Source: an uncultured Gammaproteobacteria bacterium (lineage in GTDB: Bacteria > Patescibacteriota > Patescibacteriia > SBBC01 > CAIJZX01). From it: 53,188 nucleotides of DNA. The DNA is taken from NCBI GenBank assembly GCA_964518425.1, contig CAZFGG010000006.1, forward strand, positions 1-53,188, written 5' to 3'. Shown piece by piece: positions 27,472 to 37,227 of the stretch. The position numbers and the translations under genes are program-made. The notes below the pieces were generated by a model. That model did no database searches, was not told the DNA's origin, and saw nothing but the letters and a program-made list of their open reading frames with translations. Each line of letters opens with the position of its first letter. Position 1 is the stretch's first letter.

Positions 27472-28937
27472 ATCCTTTACACGTTGGTATCGTCACCTCT
27501 GAAATCTCGCCATTTTCTAAAACTGGCGGGTTGGCCGATGTCGCTCACGCCCTGCCAAAGCACATTGCCCGACTGGGGCACGATGTCAGTGTCGTGACAC
27601 CGTATTACCAATTCATTGATCTTCAGCCTATCCAGAAAGAGCTGATTGGCGAAGCCAGCGTGGTTTTAGGAAAGACGACGTATCCTGTAAAATTTCTAAA
27701 AACCCTGCTCGGCCCAGACGCCCCGGTGCCCGTCTACCTCATTTATCAGGAGGAGCTCTTTTCCAGCCGGCCAAAAATTTATCAATACCCCGACGACGCT
27801 TTACGGTTCGCTGTCTTTAACCGAGCGGTCTTTTCGCTCTACGAACACCTCGGTAGCGCTCCTGATTTACTCCATTGTCAGGACTGGCAGGCCGGGTTAG
27901 TACCCAACTACCTTCGGGCTGAGTTTTCAAAAAAGCCCTTTTGGAAAAATACCGCCACCCTGTTTACCATCCACAACCTTCTCTATCAAATGTCCGGCAT
28001 GTGGTATGACGTGCCGCCCGAAAAACGGGACGCCGGCCGGGGCGCGCCGCCCGCTGATCCAAAAAAATTACGGACTGCCAATTTTACGTTACGGGCGATT
28101 AAGAACGCTGACGCTATCAACGCTGTCAGCGAGCGCTACGCTGAAGAAATTCTGACCAAGAAATTCGGTGAGGGGCTGGACGCCCATCTCCGACGACGAC
28201 GCACCCGGGTCTATGGAATTATCAACGGGATCGACTACACGGTCTTTAATCCTAGCCTTGACCCTCACCTGAAAATTCATTACGACTGGAATTCGCTTGA
28301 TCGAAAATTGCAGAATAAGCTTGCGCTTCAGCGCGACTTTGGTTTACCGGAATCGGCCGATACCCCGGTCATTGGTTTAGTCCACCGCCTGACTGAGCAA
28401 AAGGGTTTTAACCTCATCATGGATATTCTGCCGCTGCTCCTCAATCAACGCGTCCAGCTCGTCGTCGTCGGTCATGGACAAAAAGACTATCTGTCGTTCT
28501 TTCGTCAGATGGCCCGAAAGTATCCGCACCAGGTGGCGGTCCACCTAGAGTTTTCCGAAGCTATTGGCTCCCGGATTTACGCCGGCTCGGATATGTTCCT
28601 GATGCCGAGTCGCTACGAACCCTGCGGAATTTCTCAGCTCATTAGTTTACGCTACGGATCAATCCCTATTGTTCACCGCACGGGTGGTTTAGCCGACACC
28701 ATTACCGATTTCGATCCGAAGAGCGGCGTCGGAACTGGGTTCATTTTCAATCACTACACTGGCGGCGACCTCCTCATGGCCCTAACGCGGGCCGTGGAAA
28801 CCTATAAGTACCCGAAAGTCTGGGAGCATCTCACCTGGCAAGCCATGCGACAGTCTTTTTCCTGGGAATTACCGGCCAGTAAGTACGTTGAGCTCTATCG
28901 GCGGGCTATAAAAGAACACGACCATGCGCTGGTCTAA
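27468..28937 (+). CDS. glgA: Glycogen/starch synthase (GT5)
   Basis: KTGGLADV, HCQDWQ, TIHNL, NGID, RLTEQKG, PSRYEPCG, TGGLADT. Confidence 0.93.
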   Translation: MNPLHVGIVTSEISPFSKTGGLADVAHALPKHIARLGHDVSVVTPYYQFIDLQPIQKELIGEASVVLGKTTYPVKFLKTLLGPDAPVPVYLIYQEELFSSRPKIYQYPDDALRFAVFNRAVFSLYEHLGSAPDLLHCQDWQAGLVPNYLRAEFSKKPFWKNTATLFTIHNLLYQMSGMWYDVPPEKRDAGRGAPPADPKKLRTANFTLRAIKNADAINAVSERYAEEILTKKFGEGLDAHLRRRRTRVYGIINGIDYTVFNPSLDPHLKIHYDWNSLDRKLQNKLALQRDFGLPESADTPVIGLVHRLTEQKGFNLIMDILPLLLNQRVQLVVVGHGQKDYLSFFRQMARKYPHQVAVHLEFSEAIGSRIYAGSDMFLMPSRYEPCGISQLISLRYGSIPIVHRTGGLADTITDFDPKSGVGTGFIFNHYTGGDLLMALTRAVETYKYPKVWEHLTWQAMRQSFSWELPASKYVELYRRAIKEHDHALV

Positions 28938-30150
28938 CTTCTTCCATATCTACCAGCCGCCAGCTTGGGACGAAGACATTGTCCGTCGGGCCGCCGAACA
29001 AGCTTATCGGCCGCTTATTGATATTCTTCGCCGCCATCCAAACCTCAGTATCACGCTCAACATTACTGCCGCCCTGACCGAGCAGTTGATCGCCATTGGG
29101 TTGACCGATATTTGCGACGGCTTCAAAGAGCTCGTCGCGAAAGAACAGATTGAGCTCGTCGGCAGTGCCGCGTACCACCCCATTCTTCCCCTGCTACCCC
29201 GGGAGGAGATTGTCCGGCAAATTGACCTGCAAGATCAGCGACAGTGTCAGGTCTTCGGTGAGAACTATCACCCGCGCGGTTTCTTCCCGCCGGAAATGGC
29301 CTATGGCCCAGTCTTGGAAGACATTCTTCTCGAGCGCGGATACGATTGGGTGATTCTGGACGAGCCGGCCGCGACCGGCACGATCGGCGATCTCGACTTT
29401 ACGCAGCGCTACCGAACGCCCCGCGGACTCGGTCTCGTTTTTCGTAATCGCCATGTGAGTGACTTCTTGTCCTTCTCCGCCCTGATTGATCAACCGGAAG
29501 CGGCCATTGCCGTGCTCCACAGCGATTCGCGTAGTCATGATTTTTTAGTCACGGCTATGGACGGAGAAAACTTGGGTCATCACCGTCCCGGAGTTGACCG
29601 TCTGTGGGAATTGCTGATTTCGTGGCCGGATATTACCGGAATTTCTGTTGGCCGTTACTTTTCTGAATTACAAAAAGAGCGGACCCTTGAACCCTTCCCA
29701 TCGAGCTGGTCATCCCAACCCTCGGAACTCCGTGATCACATTCCTTATGGCCTCTGGAACCACCCGGATAACCCGATTCATAAAGCCCAATGGGAACTCA
29801 CCCACCTTGTTATTAGCGCCGTCACCACACATCCAGACGACCCGGCGTATGACGGCGCCCGTCGTCTCCTCGACCAGGCCCTCACGTCCGATAAATATTG
29901 GTGGGCCTCCGCTTCGCCCTGGTGGGACGCGGCGATTGTTATCCGCGAAACACAGCGCCTGGCCGACGTCATTGGTTCCCTGGAAACGTTGCCAGCGTCC
30001 ACGAAAAATAAGGTGGGGCGGCTCATGAAAGAGGTAGCCACGACCGCAGAACTCTGGGACAAAACTGGGTTGGCCAAGAAACGCCAGACAAATTATCTGT
30101 CTTCAACTGGAGCAACCCATTTCATGGGTGGCCAACAGGTGACGGCCTAG
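28924..30150 (+). CDS. Glycoside hydrolase family 57 protein
   Basis: HIYQP, HPILPL, GFFPPEMA (nucleophile Glu), AMDGENLGHH (acid/base Asp), SD.YWW. Confidence 0.88.
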   Translation: MRWSNFFHIYQPPAWDEDIVRRAAEQAYRPLIDILRRHPNLSITLNITAALTEQLIAIGLTDICDGFKELVAKEQIELVGSAAYHPILPLLPREEIVRQIDLQDQRQCQVFGENYHPRGFFPPEMAYGPVLEDILLERGYDWVILDEPAATGTIGDLDFTQRYRTPRGLGLVFRNRHVSDFLSFSALIDQPEAAIAVLHSDSRSHDFLVTAMDGENLGHHRPGVDRLWELLISWPDITGISVGRYFSELQKERTLEPFPSSWSSQPSELRDHIPYGLWNHPDNPIHKAQWELTHLVISAVTTHPDDPAYDGARRLLDQALTSDKYWWASASPWWDAAIVIRETQRLADVIGSLETLPASTKNKVGRLMKEVATTAELWDKTGLAKKRQTNYLSSTGATHFMGGQQVTA

Positions 30151-30183
30151 TCCGCGCCTGGTATACTGACCCTCTACACTCTT

Positions 30184-31545
30184 ATGATCTGGGCTAATTT
30201 CCTCCACTTTTACCAGCCCCCGACCCAGAAAGCATACTGGATCAATAAAATCACCAACGAATCATACCGTCCCCTGGTGCGCGGTTTGCTTGATCATCCT
30301 AAGGCAAAATTAACCCTCAACATCAACGGCGTCCTGGATGAGCTCCTTGACGCCCATGGCCACCGAGACGTGCTTGATGGTATTCGCACGCTCCTCGAGC
30401 GCGGGCAAATCGAGTTAACCGGCTCGGCCATGTTCCACCCCTTGCTGCCAATGTTGCCGGACGAAGAAATTATTCGGCAGGTTGAATTGAATACCACGAC
30501 TCACCAGAAGTACTTTGGCAAACTCTACCAACCGCAAGGATTCTTCCCGCCAGAAATGGCCTTTTCAAAACATGTGGCCGAGGTGGTAAAAAAACTAGGC
30601 TTCAAATGGATTATTGCTGATGAACTTTCCATGACTGGTCATCATGCGAGCGTTGATTACAGCACGGTCTACACCGTGACCGGCCTGGACGATTTTGCCA
30701 TCTTCTTCCGTGAACGAGCAGCCAGCTTCCGGATTCTGTCCGGCCAGATCGGCACCGGTCAGCTCTTGATCGACTCGCTTGGTGACCGGCTCAAGCGCCA
30801 AGAATATTTGCTGACGGCGATGGACGGTGAGACATTTGGTCATCACCGACCCGGACTGGAGCACTTGTTGTTTGAAATCGCCGACAACCCAAGTATTACC
30901 AATGTCAGAATTTCGGATTTACCCAAGCTCTTCCCTCGGCGAACAGCCGTTGATCCGCTACCATCGACCTGGGCGCTGATGGAGAAAGATTTAGAGCGGA
31001 ATAAGCCCTTTTCCCGTTGGCTCGATGAAGAAAACCCTATTCACGCTTTACAGTGGGAACTGACCCGGCTAGCCATCGATACCGTTCACCGAGCTGACCC
31101 ACAAGCGAAGGGCTATGCTCGGGCTCGTCAATCTCTTGATCGGGCTTTACACTCCGACCAATTTTGGTGGGCCTCGGCTCGTCCGTGGTGGTCGCTCGAA
31201 ATGATTGAACGGGGGGCCAAAGACCTCCGCGATACTATTCAACTCGCCCCAAAAACCGGTCCGAAGCTTAAAGAAAAAGCTCAAGACCTGTATCAAAAAA
31301 TTATTTTTACTGGTTTTGAATGGCAGCGGGAAGGGATTGTTGAGCGACTAGCCCATCAAGAAGACGAAGAGGTTCGGCAGCAGACTGACCAGGCTATCCC
31401 ACAGCTCCCGAAGAAAGAAATCGACGCCATGGTTGCTCGTTTGACGAAGGAAATGGACTTGTTGGCCGGACGTCAGGAATTTGAACGGGCCGCCCAGTTG
31501 CGCGACCGAATCAAAGAACTGCGGTCGTATGAAGCGCCCGCGTAG
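30184..31545 (+). CDS. Glycoside hydrolase family 57 protein with C-terminal UVR motif
   Basis: HFYQP, GFFPPEMA, AMDGETFGHH, HSDQFWW; tail EMDLLAGRQEFERAAQLRDRIKEL. Confidence 0.88.
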   Translation: MIWANFLHFYQPPTQKAYWINKITNESYRPLVRGLLDHPKAKLTLNINGVLDELLDAHGHRDVLDGIRTLLERGQIELTGSAMFHPLLPMLPDEEIIRQVELNTTTHQKYFGKLYQPQGFFPPEMAFSKHVAEVVKKLGFKWIIADELSMTGHHASVDYSTVYTVTGLDDFAIFFRERAASFRILSGQIGTGQLLIDSLGDRLKRQEYLLTAMDGETFGHHRPGLEHLLFEIADNPSITNVRISDLPKLFPRRTAVDPLPSTWALMEKDLERNKPFSRWLDEENPIHALQWELTRLAIDTVHRADPQAKGYARARQSLDRALHSDQFWWASARPWWSLEMIERGAKDLRDTIQLAPKTGPKLKEKAQDLYQKIIFTGFEWQREGIVERLAHQEDEEVRQQTDQAIPQLPKKEIDAMVARLTKEMDLLAGRQEFERAAQLRDRIKELRSYEAPA

Positions 31546-32524
31546 CGCTCCGTTTTTATCCGCCCCGACCATGCGTCGGGCCTTCCAGGCTCGAATGATG
31601 AGCCTGGCTCCAGATGCGCGCCGCGTGACCGGGGTTGAGGCCCATCGTCTGGGTGGCTTTGAGGACCGAAGTTATCGTCTGCGCTATGTCGTTCACACCC
31701 AAGACCGTCGCGGTCGGGCCCATGTCGTGCACCTTCGTGGCTCAAGTGAGCGAAACGATGATACTCGCCGCCAGGCCTACGTCATCATGAAATACTTATG
31801 GTTACACGGCTTTCGCGCCGGCCCGTTCCGCGTTGCTCGGCCGGTAACTTTTTTCGATCGCTGGCACTTGCTCATCTATGAAGAGGCGGCCGGGCATCCC
31901 CTCCACCACCTTCTTCGGCAGCACCCCCACCGAGCAACGACCTACCTCCGACAAGCGGCCGCTTGGTTGGCTCGGCTCCACCAACTCGCACCGCCCGTAT
32001 TAGCGCGTGTCAATGGCCAGCGGCGGCGGCAACGCTACTGGCTGAACGCCCTAGACCTATTGTCGTCGATGCCGACGCGTGAAGTAGCGGCCATGCGTCG
32101 ATCAATTCAACAAATTATGCGCTTTGAAAACAAGCTAGCCATCAGCCCGCAGCGCACGTTGGTTCATCACGATTTCCATCCCGGGAACCTCATTTTCGGT
32201 CAAGACGCCATCCGCGTCGTAGACTTTACTGACTCGCGGCTGTCTCATCCCGTTGTTGATGTGGCCACGTTCGTGACTCAACTCGAATTGCAACTGTCTG
32301 GCATGGTACCGCCGGCCGTTCTTGAGCGCTGGCAAAAAACTTTTCTGTCCGCTTACCGCGTCCTTCGTCCATCTCTTCGTCTCAAGTCGGCTGCTTCTCA
32401 ACGGGTTTTCCGTTTTATTCGCTACCGCATCGCCGTTCAGTCGTACCTTGGCAACTACCTGCTTGGTCGCCGAGAGGGGCAGCTGAAGGAAACAATCATG
32501 ACTCACCACTGGTATTATGCCTAA
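31529..32524 (+). CDS. APH/choline-kinase-fold phosphotransferase
   Basis: LARLH, LVHHDFHPGN, VVDF, DVATF; start at ATG 31529. Confidence 0.82.
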   Translation: MKRPRSAPFLSAPTMRRAFQARMMSLAPDARRVTGVEAHRLGGFEDRSYRLRYVVHTQDRRGRAHVVHLRGSSERNDDTRRQAYVIMKYLWLHGFRAGPFRVARPVTFFDRWHLLIYEEAAGHPLHHLLRQHPHRATTYLRQAAAWLARLHQLAPPVLARVNGQRRRQRYWLNALDLLSSMPTREVAAMRRSIQQIMRFENKLAISPQRTLVHHDFHPGNLIFGQDAIRVVDFTDSRLSHPVVDVATFVTQLELQLSGMVPPAVLERWQKTFLSAYRVLRPSLRLKSAASQRVFRFIRYRIAVQSYLGNYLLGRREGQLKETIMTHHWYYA

Positions 32525-33575
32525 GGCCCGGTACGCCATCATTCCCCAGGCGCCCGAGTGGATTGAGCAGACCCTAGCGGAGCTTCGGATCCGGCCGCTT
32601 GATCCCAAGTTTACTCCGGCCGTAGCACAGCGGAAGCGCGCTCGATTCTATATGACCCCCGTCCTTGATCAACGAGGCCGACTGGCCTGGTTTAAAGCCA
32701 CGCTCCAGAATTCGCCCGGGCTACGACCCGGTCTCCGTGAAGAGATTCGTGTTCAGAAAACGTTTGCTGAATATGAGCGCCGCGGTCGCCCAGCCTTTGA
32801 CTCACCTTCATATATCGCTAGCCACGATAACCGCCGCGGTTTCATTTGGCTGCTCCGGAAGTACTGGCAAGGCTTGTATGCCGGCGACATGGACCATTGG
32901 TTTGGTTTGAATCCGACATTCTTTCGTCGCGTGGCGCCCGTCGCCATGGCCAGGATCCTTGGGGATGTTCGGAAAATGACCCCGCTCATCAAGCGGCGCA
33001 TAGCCTTACCGACGCACGATCTCGGTTGGTACCTTCTCGATTTTCACTTTTACCGACGAAATTTTTTTCGCCCCCTTCTGTCGAGCAACCTTAACCCGGG
33101 CTGGAAACTTGGTGACATCGACCGCCTGGAAGAATTGTTGCACGACCATCGACGCTTTCTGCGCCGCCAAGCCGTTGTTTTTTCTCATGGTGATTTCTAT
33201 CCGAACAATATCATGGTTCGCCCTGGAGGAAGCCGGCCGGTAGTCCTGTTCGATTGGGAGTTATCGCACCTCAACCTTCCGACATTCGATGCCGTCATGC
33301 TCTACCTCCACGCCTGGCGTCATCCCGTTTGGCGCGAACGGTTCAAGCGAGAAACCTTAGATCTTCTTGGCCAAACGGCGTCCGCTAGGTTGTCCTGGCG
33401 ATTAGCGACGCTCTCGCTGGCCACGCGTTTAGCTGGTTTCGGCTTTATTCGTCTCACAAATAGCCAGCCCGATCGGTACCCTCATTTACCACTCAAACAG
33501 CGCCCGGTCATGACCAGGATGTTCCGCTCTCACCTTGATCAGCTCCGCCGTGCCTACCTCGACGAGCTTACCTGA
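32517..33575 (+). CDS. APH/choline-kinase-fold phosphotransferase
   Basis: SHGDFYPNN, LFDWE, FDAV. Confidence 0.82.
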   Translation: MPKARYAIIPQAPEWIEQTLAELRIRPLDPKFTPAVAQRKRARFYMTPVLDQRGRLAWFKATLQNSPGLRPGLREEIRVQKTFAEYERRGRPAFDSPSYIASHDNRRGFIWLLRKYWQGLYAGDMDHWFGLNPTFFRRVAPVAMARILGDVRKMTPLIKRRIALPTHDLGWYLLDFHFYRRNFFRPLLSSNLNPGWKLGDIDRLEELLHDHRRFLRRQAVVFSHGDFYPNNIMVRPGGSRPVVLFDWELSHLNLPTFDAVMLYLHAWRHPVWRERFKRETLDLLGQTASARLSWRLATLSLATRLAGFGFIRLTNSQPDRYPHLPLKQRPVMTRMFRSHLDQLRRAYLDELT

Positions 33576-33576
33576 T

Positions 33577-35016
33577 ATGCGAATTCTCTTCGTCGCCTCA
33601 GAAGTGACCCCGGTGGTAAAAGTTGGCGGATTGGCTGACGTTGTTGGCTCACTGCCGAAAGCGTTAGCCGACCTTGATCACGATGTGCGCGTCATGATTC
33701 CTTTCTATGGCTCAATAGAACGGGGCACACTGAAGACTCGGCCGGCCTGGACCGGTCTCCCGGCCTCTTTCGGGGGCCGTGAATGGAAAATTGATATCGC
33801 CCAGACGGCGCTGCCGGACTCGACCGTGCCGCTCTATCTCCTGGATTGTCCAAATTTTTTTTCTGAGAACGGAGTGTATATCGCTGGCCATAGCAGCGAT
33901 GCCCAGCGAAGGGGACTCCAGCGTTTTGTCGCTTTTTCATCATTCGTTGGGCAGATTGTTCCGCAGCTCGATTGGCAGCCCGACATTGTCCATGTTCATG
34001 ACTGGCACGCCGGGTTGGTGCCACTCGCCCTGACGAGGAGTGGTTCGGTCATTAAAACGGTCTTAACTATTCACAACCTCCATAACCAGGGCGTCTGGAA
34101 TCCCGACGAGATTTTCGACTGGCTGGGTTGGGAAGGTCATGACCAGCCCATGCTTGAGTTGCGTGACAGCCGTGGCGACCTCAATATTCTTCAGTTGGCC
34201 ATTCATAGCGCCCACAACATTACAACCGTTAGTCCGACTTACGCCCAAGAAATTTTTACGCCTGGGTATGGCGAGGGCTTAGAAAATGATCTACTTGTTC
34301 ATCAGCCAAAGCTCGTCGGTATCCTCAACGGTTTAGACGTTCAAGCGTTTGATCCGGTCCATGACCGAGCATTGGTCGAGCGGTACTCAATTGAATCGGT
34401 TGGTATCGCTAAGCAAAAAAATAAAGAGGCTTTGCAGCACCAGCTCGGCTTAGCCCCGGCCCAAACCGCCCCTTTGTTTGTCGCGGTTAGTCGGCTCAGC
34501 CCACAAAAGGGTTTTGATCTTTTGCCGCCGGTCATTAATGACATTGTCCGCGCTGGCGGCCAAGTAGCTATTCTCGGCAGCGGCTGGCCAGAAATCGAGG
34601 GCCAGCTACATCACTTGGCCGACGAACACCCGCGTTCAGTTGTTGTGGTCTTGAAATTCGATCCGATTCTGGCCCAGCGCATGTATGCCGGTGGGGATTT
34701 CTTCCTCATGCCTTCGCGCTTTGAGCCGTGCGGCCTAGGACAACTCATCAGTATGCGCTATGGCACCGTTCCTGTTGTCCGCGATACCGGCGGACTCCAT
34801 GACACGGTCATCGACGTCATCGCCCACCCTGACCGAGGAACAGGCTTTGTCTTCAGTCGTTTTGATGCGACTGACTTTCGCCAGGCCATTACGGCTGCTT
34901 TACGACTCTACCAACAACCAGCTACACTACGGTCACTTATCCAGCGTGCTATGCGCCAAGATTTTTCTTGGGCCCATTCCGCCGAAGCCTACCTGAAACT
35001 CTATGCCCAAACCTAA
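33577..35016 (+). CDS. glgA: Second glycogen/starch synthase (GT5)
   Basis: KVGGLADV, HVHDWH, TIHNL, RLSPQKG, PSRFEPCGL, TGGLHDT; start at ATG 33577. Confidence 0.93.
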   Translation: MRILFVASEVTPVVKVGGLADVVGSLPKALADLDHDVRVMIPFYGSIERGTLKTRPAWTGLPASFGGREWKIDIAQTALPDSTVPLYLLDCPNFFSENGVYIAGHSSDAQRRGLQRFVAFSSFVGQIVPQLDWQPDIVHVHDWHAGLVPLALTRSGSVIKTVLTIHNLHNQGVWNPDEIFDWLGWEGHDQPMLELRDSRGDLNILQLAIHSAHNITTVSPTYAQEIFTPGYGEGLENDLLVHQPKLVGILNGLDVQAFDPVHDRALVERYSIESVGIAKQKNKEALQHQLGLAPAQTAPLFVAVSRLSPQKGFDLLPPVINDIVRAGGQVAILGSGWPEIEGQLHHLADEHPRSVVVVLKFDPILAQRMYAGGDFFLMPSRFEPCGLGQLISMRYGTVPVVRDTGGLHDTVIDVIAHPDRGTGFVFSRFDATDFRQAITAALRLYQQPATLRSLIQRAMRQDFSWAHSAEAYLKLYAQT

Positions 35017-35971
35017 GTCCGTTGGTTCGATGAAACCCGAGATCCGCGTTGACTACGTCCATGATCGGCAGGTGATCATTGCCCCCAGTCGATCGAAGCG
35101 GCCCCACGACGTCAACTTCGCGCCGAGCGGCCAACCTGCGCCACTCTCTCCAGAAGACGACACCTTTAGCCCTGAGCGCTTGAAGGCGGTCCCGGCGCTG
35201 TTAACCGTTCGCGGCCAGAAACCATGGAAGGTCAAGGTGATTCGCAATGCCTACCCCGTCGTGAGTCCGGATTTTCCCCGGGCCTATGGCTATCAAGAGG
35301 TCGTCGTAGAAACGCCGGAGTACGGTATTGAATTAGCCAACTTGCCCGAAAATCACATTGCCGACATCCTCCGGGTCTATGGGCGTCGAGTTCGGGCTAT
35401 CCAAAAAGATAGAAAGGTACGCTACATTCTCGTCTTCAAGAACAATGGCGGACGGGCCGGCGCCTCAATTAACCACGCCCATTCCCAAATTTTTGCTTCA
35501 GCGTACGTCCCGCCCCATATTGTCACTCGCCGCAAACGAGCCCAAGAATATCGTGTTGTCTATAACCGCGACTACTATAGCGACCTGCTGATCAAAGAAG
35601 AAAACGGCCCGCGCTGGATCGCCTCAGGTGGCCAGGTCTGTGCCCTAACACCATATGCTTCGGTCTACAATTATGAGGCCTGGATTATGCCTTGGCGCCG
35701 GGTTGATAACATCTCGCAACTCAACGATAAAGAAATCCGAGAAATGGCGCACTTCTTGAAATTGATGCTTCTCCGGCTCAACCAAGAAAACCTGCCGTAC
35801 AACTTTTATATGCACCAGGTTGTTGGCGACCAATCAGAGCACCTCTACCTTCGCATTTCGCCTCGTCGCGACGTTTGGGCCGGTCTTGAACTCGGCTCGC
35901 GGCTCGTGGTTAATTCGGTCTCGCCCGAAGAAGCCGCAAAATTTTACCAGGCCTCGTTCTTAAAAAAGTAA
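35003..35971 (+). CDS. GalT-like (HIT superfamily) sugar-1-phosphate nucleotidyltransferase
   Basis: R.KRP, NAYP, GYQEVVVETP, FKN.G..AGASINHAHSQ, AGLELG. Confidence 0.85.
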   Translation: MPKPKSVGSMKPEIRVDYVHDRQVIIAPSRSKRPHDVNFAPSGQPAPLSPEDDTFSPERLKAVPALLTVRGQKPWKVKVIRNAYPVVSPDFPRAYGYQEVVVETPEYGIELANLPENHIADILRVYGRRVRAIQKDRKVRYILVFKNNGGRAGASINHAHSQIFASAYVPPHIVTRRKRAQEYRVVYNRDYYSDLLIKEENGPRWIASGGQVCALTPYASVYNYEAWIMPWRRVDNISQLNDKEIREMAHFLKLMLLRLNQENLPYNFYMHQVVGDQSEHLYLRISPRRDVWAGLELGSRLVVNSVSPEEAAKFYQASFLKK

Positions 35972-35978
35972 TTCTGGT

Positions 35979-37181
35979 CTAGACCAGCGTGATTCGCGCG
36001 AATTTTCGTTTGCCGACTTGAATGACCATGCCGTCCCGAACGGTGATATTGGCTTGCCAGTCGGTCATGACCCGACGGTCAATTTTTACCCCTCCCTGTT
36101 CAATCAGGCGTCGCGCTGCGGATCGACTGTCGGCAAGACGGTGACTGACTAATACATTCAATAGTTGGTGATCGCCAGGCCTCAGCTCGATTGTGGGCAT
36201 AGACGTGGGGGCGCCTTTCTGACGGAAGACCCGGCCAAAATCTGCAGCCGCCTCATCGGCCGCTCGCTGGCCATGGTACTGACGGACGATGTCTTTGGCT
36301 AAGCGAATTTTCGCGTCCCGAGGATTGGTCGTTTTTTTTCTCAAGTCTCGCTTCACTTCGGCTACTAGACTAGGTGGAAGATCGGTGCACAGCTCAAAAT
36401 ACTGAACAATGAGCTTGTCGGGGAGGGACATTGCTTTTCCGAACATCTCATTGGCCGAATCATCGAGAGCAATGATGTTGTTCTCTGTTTTGCTCATTTT
36501 CTTCTTCCCATCGGTACCAATGAGGTATGCCAAGGTCATCACGTCTTGTGGGTCTTGCTTATAGGCCTGTTGAACGTCGCGCCCGGTCAGAAGATTGAAG
36601 GTCTGGTCAACCCCACCGAGCTCAACGTCGGCCTCAACCGCCACGGAATCGTAGCCCTGTAGCAATGGGTAGGTCAGTTCTTGCATTCCGAGCGGTTGTC
36701 CTCGATCAATCCGTTGGCGGAAGGTTTCGTGGGCCAACATTTGATTAACCGTCGCTCGACCAATTAGGCCAACAAAATCGCGGACGGTAAATCGGTCATA
36801 CCACTCGCTGTTATACCGTACTTCTGTTTTCTTGAGATCGAGAATTCGTCCGACCTGGTCAAGATAGGTGCCAGAAAATTTCTTCGTTTGTTCGGGCGAG
36901 AGAGCCAGTCTGGATTTTTCTCGACCGCTAGGGTCGCCAATTTGAGCGGTGTAGTCTCCAATGATCAAAACGGCTTGGTGGCCGAGGTTTTGCCAAGCCC
37001 GCAGCTTGCGTAAAGGAACAACGTGGCCCAGGTGGAGCTGGTAGCCCGTCGGGTCAATGCCTAATTTTACTCGCAGCGGTCGGCGACGATGAAGCTTTGT
37101 GCGTAGCGTTTTTTCTTCGATAATCCGCTCGACTCCGCGATGAAGCAGGTCATCAATGTCGCCCTCGTGGTTAGTGGTCAT
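35979..37181 (-). CDS. tyrS: Tyrosine--tRNA ligase
   Basis: GIDPT..LHLGH, YPLLQGYD, GGVDQTFN, KMSKT, C-terminal S4-like domain. Confidence 0.97.
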   Translation of the reverse strand: MTTNHEGDIDDLLHRGVERIIEEKTLRTKLHRRRPLRVKLGIDPTGYQLHLGHVVPLRKLRAWQNLGHQAVLIIGDYTAQIGDPSGREKSRLALSPEQTKKFSGTYLDQVGRILDLKKTEVRYNSEWYDRFTVRDFVGLIGRATVNQMLAHETFRQRIDRGQPLGMQELTYPLLQGYDSVAVEADVELGGVDQTFNLLTGRDVQQAYKQDPQDVMTLAYLIGTDGKKKMSKTENNIIALDDSANEMFGKAMSLPDKLIVQYFELCTDLPPSLVAEVKRDLRKKTTNPRDAKIRLAKDIVRQYHGQRAADEAAADFGRVFRQKGAPTSMPTIELRPGDHQLLNVLVSHRLADSRSAARRLIEQGGVKIDRRVMTDWQANITVRDGMVIQVGKRKFARITLV

Positions 37182-37227
37182 GGCGCTTGAAAGTATAGCA
37201 AATATGGTGTAGTATCAACAGCGTTTT

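Noticed and set aside
31529-33575. Aminoglycoside resistance genes
   Set aside because: Only the generic kinase-fold motifs match; the operon context points to carbohydrate metabolism.
37182-37227. T-box leader for tyrS
   Set aside because: The gap is only 46 nt and holds divergent -10 boxes; no T-box motif.
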